Below, one piece after another: positions 1 through 8,135 of a DNA stretch of 64,000 bases; within the stretch, counting starts at the first letter, position 1; the number at the start of each line of letters is the position of its first letter. The notes below the pieces were generated by a model that was not told where the DNA came from, did not search any database, and saw only the letters and a list, made by a program, of their open reading frames with translations. A program made the translations under genes and the position numbers. The stretch spans positions 3,040,001 through 3,104,000 of the forward strand of contig OZ250150.1 of the NCBI GenBank assembly GCA_965237675.1, read 5' to 3'. The stretch comes from Candidatus Latescibacterota bacterium (lineage in GTDB: Bacteria; Latescibacterota; UBA2968; GCA-2709665).

Positions 1-1
1 C

Positions 2-577
2 GTTTCTACGCCAAGGGCGGCTAGTTTTGCCGTGACTTTGAAGTTAGGCCGGCCAACAGGGCAGCTATTTCTGCCAGGGGTATTAACCACAAATGACGTA
101 CTGGATGAATTCATGGACTTAATGGAGATGGTAAGCCAATTCAGAGTTTCAGAGATTCAGAATCGTATCTCCGACCCTGCGTACTTCAGGAACTTCATTG
201 GTCTTTCAAGGAAGATTGCCCCGGACGGGGAGCGGATCCGCCAGGTAGGTCTGACGTCACTGAGAAACGGCACGGAACGCTTCGTAGACGTTTCTACGCC
301 CGCGTCTGAATTTCCGCCACTTCCAGTTCATGAAGAATTGAAAGAATTCGAAACCGAACCGGTCGAGTTGAGAGGGGTACTGCGATACGCAGACGCGACG
401 AGCGATGCGAGAAACAGAATCAAGATCATCGGAGAAGGCAGAGAGGCACATATCATAGAAGTGCCCGATGGCATGATGAACGACATTGTACGCCCTTTGT
501 GGGCTTCCCAGGTCAGGGTGAACGGTATACGAAAGGGATCACGCATTATACTGGAAGACATCTGGCCAGACGATTAG
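2..577 (+). CDS. hypothetical protein, 5'-truncated by the window edge
   Basis: Frame is open from position 2 (VSTPRAASFAVTLKLG...) to the stop at 577; no family recognised. Confidence 0.6.
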   Translation, partial: VSTPRAASFAVTLKLGRPTGQLFLPGVLTTNDVLDEFMDLMEMVSQFRVSEIQNRISDPAYFRNFIGLSRKIAPDGERIRQVGLTSLRNGTERFVDVSTPASEFPPLPVHEELKEFETEPVELRGVLRYADATSDARNRIKIIGEGREAHIIEVPDGMMNDIVRPLWASQVRVNGIRKGSRIILEDIWPDD

Positions 578-672
578 CCGGTGAATCGCGGGGCGGCTAT
601 AAAAGGCGGCCGGAGAAAGTCGAAGCCAGGTCCTTTCCTTCATCGCTAGTAGCCGAGCGGGGGTCGAGCCAA

Positions 673-1173
673 ATGTCACTGGAGAGGATGGCTGAGGGGC
701 TACTCGCAGATGCAGGCGTGGATTCCGCACCGGTTCACTTGGATCGGATCGCCAGAGACTTGGGCGTAAAGATCCAGTATGTCGATCTCGGGGAAGATTG
801 CTCGGGGGTGCTCGTCCGTAGTGGGAACCGGGCTGTGATTGGTGTCAATGAGGATCACCATTCGAATCGGCAGCGGTTTAGCATCGCGCATGAAATCGCC
901 CATTTCGTTCTGCACAGAGGGGATACGTACATAGGCAAGGAGTATCGTGTACAATTCCGCGACCTTGAGTCAGGTTCTGGTACAAAACGGGAAGAGATGG
1001 AGGCTAACGCATTTGCTGCAGCATTGCTTATGCCTGCCGCCTGGGTCAGGGATGCCTTCGCCCGGCAGCCTTTTGACTTGACCGAAGACGATGTGCTGGG
1101 GATGCTTGCTGAGAAGTTTGACGTGAGCACTCAATCAATGACGTACCGCCTTATGAAGCTGCGAATGATCTAA
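673..1173 (+). CDS. ImmA/IrrE-family Zn metallopeptidase
   Basis: RQRFSIAHEIAH (HExxH) and EMEANAFAAALLMP motifs; ATG at 673. Confidence 0.9.
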   Translation: MSLERMAEGLLADAGVDSAPVHLDRIARDLGVKIQYVDLGEDCSGVLVRSGNRAVIGVNEDHHSNRQRFSIAHEIAHFVLHRGDTYIGKEYRVQFRDLESGSGTKREEMEANAFAAALLMPAAWVRDAFARQPFDLTEDDVLGMLAEKFDVSTQSMTYRLMKLRMI

Positions 1174-1225
1174 AGCCGCCAAAAGCACCTCTGACCAATC
1201 TTGCTGAATCAAGCGAAGCCAGACG

Positions 1226-1489
1226 ATGACCGAGACGAATCCAACGCAGGAGCGTCCATATCCCCTGGACCATGAAGGGCGTATTGCCCGGCTGGAGGGC
1301 GTGGTCGAACAGATCAACGTCCGGTTGGGGAGGATGGAAACAAAGATAGACACAGTGGAAGCCAAGATCGACGTCAATCGCATGTCACTGGAAGCCAAGA
1401 TCGATGGGCTGTACCGTTGGATGGTACCGTTGCAGATTACGACGATCCTGGCTATCGCGGGGCTTGCGTTCAAGGCGTTCAGCGGCTAG
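1226..1489 (+). CDS. small coiled-coil protein with C-terminal TM helix (DUF1640/XhlA-like)
   Basis: RIARLEGVVEQINVRLGRMETKID heptads followed by a hydrophobic C-terminus. Confidence 0.6.
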   Translation: MTETNPTQERPYPLDHEGRIARLEGVVEQINVRLGRMETKIDTVEAKIDVNRMSLEAKIDGLYRWMVPLQITTILAIAGLAFKAFSG

Positions 1490-1524
1490 TCTCAAGCGCA
1501 GCCAGATCAGGTTTTCGGTTCTTA

Positions 1525-1800
1525 TCCAGTGCATCCATGTTCCTCTTCTCATCATCTTGGCGGTCCGCCAATCACGGTAATCCCTAAGTCCTGCTAATCC
1601 CTCGTCCAGACGGTGTTTTTCCTTCCTTCCGCAGCACTTTCTTCTAATCAGTGTCCATCAGTAATCATCCGAATCACAATTTGGACAGTGATTAATTCAC
1701 ATAGATGGGCAGGATACACAGGATTTGGGGTTTTGTGTTCTTCATCCCGCCTATCCTATCCTGTTGATCCATGTTCCCCGTTTTTCTGTTTTTCCCATGC
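1525..1800. repeat. cluster of dispersed repeats (family B CATGGATRRACAGGAT and family C AATCAC-rich)
   Basis: catccatgttcc, aatcacggtaatcc, acatagatgggcaggatacacaggat and atcctatcctgttgatccatgttcccc match copies at 2437, 7212, 10343, 17849, 17940 and 18279-18510. Confidence 0.7.
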
Positions 1801-2371
1801 CTTCGTGAAGGATTCGGGTTCGACCCCGAGCGCATCGGCCACGCGGTTGATATAGTTGAAAAAGCCGATGATCTGAACCGCGTCGTGGATGCCCTGATCG
1901 TCGAAGCCGTGCCCGCGCAAACCGTCTATATCGTCCGCCGTTGCAGCCCGCGGATCCAGGTTGAGCTTTTCCGCGAAGGCGCACAGTGCGCGGTCGGCGG
2001 GGGGCAGGTCGGCCCGGCGCCAGTCCGCGGCCAACTGATGCACCAGCCGGTCGGCCTCGTGGCCGTCTTTAACGCCGAAATCCGTGGCGACCTCGGCACG
2101 GAGGTCGTGGGCATGCGCGCGAATTCAGTACACGCAGTGATTCGTGGCTGATACCACAACGGCCAGCATCTCCCGCCGCGCGCGGCTGAGAGGGGAGGGG
2201 CCGTGCATCAGCACGCCATAGAAATCCAGCGAAGCCTTCATGGCGGGGGGGGTTGGGGCTCATGATAGAGACAATACCCCAGATCCGTCCCGTGCGGGAC
2301 ATCGCGGCGTCATACAGCTTTTTTAACAGGCCAGTGGCCCTCTCCGGCGGGATGACGTCTATATGTGGCAT
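1756..2371 (-). CDS. AhpD/CMD-family peroxidase-related protein, probable selenoprotein (CVYU); one extra base in a G8 tract
   Basis: Removing one base from the G8 run at 2245-2252 gives a continuous frame ...LSRARREMLAVVVSATNHCVY-TGA-IRAH...FFNYINRVADALGV; TGA at 2125-2127 sits at the second Cys position of CxxC. Confidence 0.8.
2088..2107 (-). promoter_or_regulatory. putative bacterial SECIS hairpin
   Basis: CGACCTC-CGTGCC-GAGGTCG stem-loop starts 17 nt after the UGA; G is at loop position 2. Confidence 0.6.
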
Positions 2372-2777
2372 CACGGACCTCCATTCCAACAGGGATCAAC
2401 AGGGACAATTCAATCCGTAAAATCAAGCCAACTCACATGGATAGACAGGATGAGCAGGATGAAAACCACAAGAACGGGTCAAAACCAGTGCATGCGGATT
2501 GGCCGAGTTGCAAGACAACGGACGCCGGGCGCCGTTACGGGTTCACGTGGAATTTGCAATTCAAGATCAACAAACATGATTAGTCAGGATGAGTAAGAAA
2601 AAGCCCCAAACAACCCAACAAACGGATGGGGGATACGATGGAAGTACGAGAGCATCGAGTCGCGGGACATTTGCTGCAGCCATCCGGAAGAGTACAAAAG
2701 CGATTGCTGATCGACGAATCAGTCTGATTTGCGGGCTTTCGGCGGAGGTATTGTGCGCGGAGAGTATCTGCCCGGTA

Positions 2778-3416
2778 TCAAGTTGATACGCGACCCCATT
2801 GGTCTACTTCGTTAAGGTGGCAATTCTTGTATTTTCTGCCACTTCCGCAAGGACATCGGTCATTTCTACCGGCAGCCAAATTTGAAATATCTGCGATTTC
2901 CGTGATATACTGCCGAAACCCTTCTTCACCGTGCGCGTATTCATCCCAGAGATCACTTCGTGCAGCACTGATGCCGAATTTTTCGGTGTAAGATAGACGA
3001 AAAAAGAAGGGAATTATCAAGTGTGTAATAAAGGTTTCGATTCTGAGTTTTCGATCATGCGCAATTGTTATTCCCAAACAACAAGCACCATCTGATTCGT
3101 AAATGTGTAAATCGATTATGGGAACTTGACATTTTTTCGCTATTTCAGGATGCCTTCCTCCGATTTCATAAACCTTTGGCCAACCATTCAGATCCCTTGA
3201 ATCAGGATATAGACGAATTTCTATCTCAAATACATCCTGGATAACGGTGTGTTGACCGTCGGTGTCAGCAACATTGTCGATTATAAGTTTGCCTGACCCC
3301 GTCTCAAAATAGGCACAGAAGTCAAGCTCTCCCACTATTTTTTGAACTTTGCCCTTATATTGTAAGTTTGGGAAATGCGATTCTAACCATTGAATTTCTT
3401 TTTCATTCACCTTCAT
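2778..3416 (-). CDS. CBASS-associated E2-like protein with C-terminal SEC-C motif
   Basis: PKVYEIGG...HIYESDGACCLG (E2-like His/Cys region) and GRNDRCPCGSGRKYKNCH; directly downstream of the CD-NTase. Confidence 0.75.
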   Translation of the reverse strand: MKVNEKEIQWLESHFPNLQYKGKVQKIVGELDFCAYFETGSGKLIIDNVADTDGQHTVIQDVFEIEIRLYPDSRDLNGWPKVYEIGGRHPEIAKKCQVPIIDLHIYESDGACCLGITIAHDRKLRIETFITHLIIPFFFRLSYTEKFGISAARSDLWDEYAHGEEGFRQYITEIADISNLAAGRNDRCPCGSGRKYKNCHLNEVDQWGRVST

Positions 3417-3424
3417 TTCTCACA

Positions 3425-4366
3425 TTACCAGGCATAAGGTTTTCTAGGAATTACCGCTCCTGTCGAAGAAGCTGTGCTTTCTGTGAGTTCTCCGAATTTA
3501 TCACCGAACTGCTCTCTCCACTTTTTGACACTGGTATTATGATCAGTCGCTTCAAACGCTTCGTCCACCTTGCGGTTGTATGTATTAAATAAATCCCTAA
3601 AATGCCTGTATTTATCCTGATCCCAGTGCCTGGTGAAACTCTCTTCTGGCAAGACCGGATTATAGACTTCCGGCATGTCCGGATTGTCTTGCAGGAAGTC
3701 ATTTATCCGATTCGAAATCGTCTTCAAGGTGGTTGGAATATCCTTGAAGTCTTCACTGCCCTCGTCGTCATCGAACACACGCTCACCGATGAGTGTGGTC
3801 AAGAGGATTGATTTAATCGAGAAGTTTCCCTTATGATCTCTGAGGAATTTCAACAGTCTCGTAACCCTCTTTAGGTTTCCGTTTGTTATCCTTGTTTTTC
3901 CGTTGAACCAGTCCCGATAACCGGTGCCGTCAGTGATTTCAAATTCATTTTCCTTCCGATTGCAGATATATCGATATTCTCCATCCGTGACGCAGGGAAC
4001 AATATCCAAATGAAAATCGCCTGCATAGTCGATGTAAACGCACCTTGTCTTCCGATGTGATTTTTCCCGATATGTATCGTTTTGCCTGAGGCAATGGTAG
4101 ACTTCGTTTATGTATTCTTCAGGTTCTTTATCGGGATCGTATTCCATAAACAACAAAACGTCAGCATCATATTCACGGCCATTTACGGGTTTGATAATAG
4201 TCCTTAACGCATAAGAACCCTGTCGTTCGGTTTTTTCGTATGAGTCCAGGGATTTGCTAAGGTAATCAACTACCGCCGATGTGCTGCGATTCAACCTGTC
4301 GAGTCTTGTTTCGTTGAGATTTACCTCTTCGGCGAGGAAATCTTCGAAATATTTCTGGTGTTTCAT
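3425..4366 (-). CDS. cGAS/DncV-like nucleotidyltransferase (CD-NTase, SMODS)
   Basis: QGSYALRTIIKP, EYDADV, FHLDIVP, RLLKFLRD and NPVLPEE motifs. Confidence 0.92.
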   Translation of the reverse strand: MKHQKYFEDFLAEEVNLNETRLDRLNRSTSAVVDYLSKSLDSYEKTERQGSYALRTIIKPVNGREYDADVLLFMEYDPDKEPEEYINEVYHCLRQNDTYREKSHRKTRCVYIDYAGDFHLDIVPCVTDGEYRYICNRKENEFEITDGTGYRDWFNGKTRITNGNLKRVTRLLKFLRDHKGNFSIKSILLTTLIGERVFDDDEGSEDFKDIPTTLKTISNRINDFLQDNPDMPEVYNPVLPEESFTRHWDQDKYRHFRDLFNTYNRKVDEAFEATDHNTSVKKWREQFGDKFGELTESTASSTGAVIPRKPYAW

Positions 4367-4424
4367 TTTTCTTCTCCTTTAATGTTTCGGGGACTAAGAA
4401 GCATGACTGTTTTTCTGTACTTTG

Positions 4425-5374
4425 CTAGAGCCCAAGGAATTCTCTTATCCTTTGGCCCCTGTGTGTAAAATCCTGATCAGCTTCTCGTGTCCAGTCATGA
4501 AGTTTCCGAGGGGTATCCATCGGAAGGGGTCTGTCCGATACGAAATTGATGCGCAGAAGTTGCTCTGGTTCCCTCATCTCCTGCGTTTGAAGCAACAAAC
4601 TTAACATGTTGTGAGAACTCTCACCTTGTAGATTGAAAATCAGATTGAGGAGTTTTTGGCGTTCCCAGCGGGTGGCCATTCCCCACCCCCAAAAAGCATT
4701 ATGAAGCCTTCCGGTGTTGAATTGATAGGTAGTTTTGCTTGTACCCGTACCAATCTAAGGTCACCTAAATCAACACCCAGACGGCGCTTCGCATCAATTG
4801 CTGCGACGAGGGCAGGATTATTTGCCCACAAACCGCCATCGATCAGTGGATAGTGATCCACCATATAGGGGTCGAAGTATGTAGGTGCAGAACAAGAAGC
4901 CATCACCGCGTCGCCGACTTGAACCTCAGGGTCGCGATGGAACCCAGGATCATACGCTGATTTAAACACGTGCACCCGACCGCCTCCAATATCAACGGAT
5001 GGGATGATTAGCGGTACTGAAATATCCTTCAAACGTGTGTTTCCAAACAGCTTAAAGAGGTAACGTCGCAAGACCTCATTGCTGTAACGACTCGCAAAGA
5101 GGCTAGTTAAACCGAATGGGATGAATTTGTCAATCCAACGTCGCTTAAAGATCAGATGAGCTTGTTCAGCGTAGAGATTGTATAGAGAATCTGCAGATCG
5201 ACCGTGAGCCAATCCAGCGGCGATGATAGAACCCGTGCTCGTGCCCGCAAACAAACCGAATTTGTCACACCATTCGACGCCCCATTCCTCCTCCATGCGC
5301 TTGAGAAGATACGCTGAGTATGCGCCTCTGAAACCACCCCCGTCAATAGACAGAATATAGAATTTTCCGCTCAA
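4425..5374 (-). pseudogene. CapV-like patatin phospholipase (CBASS effector), frameshifted near 4755
   Basis: DGGGFRG, GTSTG and DGGLWANNP motifs; after DLGDL the expected IGTG continues in another frame to the stop at 4425; TTG start at 5374 with AAGGAGG upstream. Confidence 0.8.
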
Positions 5375-5488
5375 AACAGGAATTTCCTCCTTGTGACCTC
5401 GCGATGCCAGACACACAGTGCTTGCATTTAATCAAGTTCTGTTACCTCAATATCCGGTAACAGATAACAAAAAATAACCAAAACACAA

Positions 5489-6085
5489 TCATGTAGCAAC
5501 CATTTTGTTTACGAAAAGCGGGCCTCCGGTAGGACTGGACACTTTGCGACGATCTATAAGATGCATATCAGCGAGCTCTTGGAGCAGATGGTTGGCATTC
5601 TGCAGGGATAGACCAAGTCTCAAAGAAATCTCATTGGTGGCGTATTCGCCGTTTCGTTTAAGAAGGTCCAAGATATCCTTCATCTTTGCCTTCTTCCGTT
5701 TCTCCTTTTCTGCTTCGTTATCTCCTTCGGTTGAAAGATAACCAAACGGTATCCATCGATTTCGGACAGAAAGCCACATGGTTAGATCCTGCTCCACAAG
5801 CGCAGCGCGAACTCCATCCAAGAGCTCCTCAAAATCATCTCCATCATACTTGAGCACGATCGTTTTTATCCGGTAATCGCCGGCCAACAATCTCTTAAAA
5901 CTCCGACGAATTGTCTGTTTTGCGTATGAATAACCCAAGAATTCTAGACCATTTAGGTCGAAAACGCCTACCGTATCCTGCGGTGTTCGCTCGAGTGTTT
6001 GGTTCAATTCTACGTAATCTTCCCGTTCAGCTTGCCAGGAAAATTTGAGATCCTTGCCAAATTCTCTAAAGCGAACAGATTGCAT
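5489..6085 (-). CDS. STAS-like domain plus C-terminal winged-helix protein
   Basis: FDLNGLEFLGYSYA (STAS-like Ser motif); ILDLLKRNGEYATNEISLRLGLSLQNANHLLQELADMHLI (wHTH). Confidence 0.7.
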   Translation of the reverse strand: MQSVRFREFGKDLKFSWQAEREDYVELNQTLERTPQDTVGVFDLNGLEFLGYSYAKQTIRRSFKRLLAGDYRIKTIVLKYDGDDFEELLDGVRAALVEQDLTMWLSVRNRWIPFGYLSTEGDNEAEKEKRKKAKMKDILDLLKRNGEYATNEISLRLGLSLQNANHLLQELADMHLIDRRKVSSPTGGPLFVNKMVAT

Positions 6086-6110
6086 GTTCTGTTTCCCCAA
6101 ATTGCGGTAT

Positions 6111-6146
6111 CAGATGAAATTTAAAAACATCTGCAAGAAATGTCAA
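6111..6146 (-). promoter_or_regulatory. sigma70-type promoter with an overlapping inverted repeat
   Basis: TTGACA(6146-6141)-17 nt-TAAATT(6123-6118); CAGATG (6111-6116) and CATCTG (6128-6133) flank the -10. Confidence 0.6.
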
Positions 6147-6149
6147 GTC

Positions 6150-7028
6150 TTATCTCCATACGAATAGCTGTGTACCAGGAAACCAGGTGCCTTGGCCCGC
6201 CTTATTATCTTCCTGTGGACCGATGGCAATCGCACCCGAACCGGATCGAAGGCGGCAGCCCAAATGCAGAATCTTCGCAATTCTAAAAATCTGCCTGATC
6301 CCGCCACCACGTTCTTCGTTCTGATCTCTCATACGTGAAATGCCGCGTTCAACGACAGCAGTCAGCGCATTGATATCTGTTTCAAAACTGTGGATAGTAT
6401 TCAAGCTATTTCGTATCCCAACCCCTAAGTCGCCGATGGCAAGCCTAAATCCTTGGCGCTTAGGGTAATGTTGAATCTGTGAACAATAATATGGGAGAGA
6501 GGTCCCATCTGGCTGAGAATGTTCAAAAAGGTTTGAGAATGTCTCTGTGATTAACCCTTTGAGGTGTCGTACCAACGTTGTAGTAAGGCCATAGTGTACT
6601 CGCAGAAAGCTGACAAAGCTGTCGATCAAGGCGTCGAGATTGTCGCCGTTCTCTCCAATGGCAAATTGGCCCAATGGGTCGAGTAAGGGTGTGAAAATTG
6701 GAGAATGATGTTCTTGTATATTCCCAAGTTCGGTGAGCTTAGATGCGTCGTCATCTGAAAGGGTTAAGTTGTCTACTTTATCGAAAAAATGCATGCGCTT
6801 CATGTATGTGAGCGGGCACGGCTCATCCCGTTTTATCTCTGGCAAGATGGCTTCAATGTGCATTCCGGTTACCAATTCGGAGTGTAGGAACAAAGCCAAA
6901 AGGACAAGGCCGTCCGATTGGACAAATTCAAGGGAAGAAAAATCAAGACAAATGTCATCCCGATAAGACTCGGAAACGACATTTAAAATTGTCGTGTAGT
7001 CGAGTTTGGATATCCGGAACGTCTTCAT
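6150..7028 (-). CDS. STAS-like plus HATPase_c (GHKL, anti-sigma-kinase-like) protein
   Basis: LDFSSLEFVQSDG; ETFSNLFEHS (N-box); IGDLGVGI (G1); GGGI (G2); FPGTQL. Confidence 0.75.
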   Translation of the reverse strand: MKTFRISKLDYTTILNVVSESYRDDICLDFSSLEFVQSDGLVLLALFLHSELVTGMHIEAILPEIKRDEPCPLTYMKRMHFFDKVDNLTLSDDDASKLTELGNIQEHHSPIFTPLLDPLGQFAIGENGDNLDALIDSFVSFLRVHYGLTTTLVRHLKGLITETFSNLFEHSQPDGTSLPYYCSQIQHYPKRQGFRLAIGDLGVGIRNSLNTIHSFETDINALTAVVERGISRMRDQNEERGGGIRQIFRIAKILHLGCRLRSGSGAIAIGPQEDNKAGQGTWFPGTQLFVWR

Positions 7029-7229
7029 GGTAAGAAGAGTATAGATCGAAAACCCCGTCTCGTCAAATTGGACGGGAGACTCAACGAGAGAATTATGGCT
7101 AGGATTCGGGCATATCGCTTGAGATTAGGGTGCATTCGTGGTCTCTCGGACATGGGCGATAGGCCCCAATTGGTTTGAAGCCGAATACGATTGTTTGACG
7201 GGTTTTCGCATTTATCCTGCCTATCCTGT

Positions 7230-8135
7230 TCATCCATGTTTCCCGTCTACCCACATCCGCCCAATGGCCGCCTGAATCTTCTTTTCGAATCGCTCAATCA
7301 ACACTTGGTTGGCTCTCACAAGCGCCTGCTCGGTGTCGACCTCAGCGACAATTTTTCGTTGCACAACGACAGATGGTAACGGGACTCTAATTGTCTTGAT
7401 GTCGATCAGATGAAGATTTGTTACTGTTCCTGACTTCGATCGAGATGTAGCTTGTGCGTAAGCAGGGTCAGAATTCAGGAACAGCTCGAGGAAACGTGAA
7501 TCTACCAGTTCTCGACGAGGTTTTATTAATGCAAGGCTTACGAAGATGCTAAAATCACCTTCCCAATCAACCATTTTTGCCACCCCGATTGTCCCGTTTT
7601 TTGTATATAGTATATCTCCCTGTTCGGGGTGACATCGCTTCGTGAGCTCAAGGTGTTCCTCTTTGGAGATAAACTTTTTTGACGAGTTGCTCTTCGTAAT
7701 GTCAGTCACCCGGAGAAAAGGTATACCCGAGTCAGTGTATGTTGGAGTTGTGTGGGTACCGTCGGTAATCTTGTTAGCGATTTCCGATAACTCCACCATC
7801 GGCCACTCGGTGTCGATGTGAATATGCGGCCGGTAGTTGTCGATTACCGCGCGCGCGCCGTCGATCACCCGCTGATATCCCTCGATCTCCGCCACAATCT
7901 CCCGCTGCACCTCCAGCGGCGGCAGGGGGATCTCGAAATTCTCAATGAACTTTCGCGGCACACGTTGGAGTCCACCGGTTCCCGTCATATTATCGATACC
8001 GGCTTGGCGAAATGACGGACGGGTAACGCAATAATAAACCCACTCCGAGAGCACCTTCTCAGACGCTCGAATCACGTAGAATTCGCTGGAACCAAATCCA
8101 ATACCATTTTTCAGATTTCTAGCAATTCCAGCCTT
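7230..8135 (-). pseudogene. hsdS: 3' part (HsdS region) of the fused type I hsdM-hsdS gene, separated by the IS
   Basis: IPLPPLEVQREIVAEIE and ITDGTHTTP TRD motifs; rejoins the upstream part in frame as ENGKAGIARNLKNGIGFGSSEF. Confidence 0.88.
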
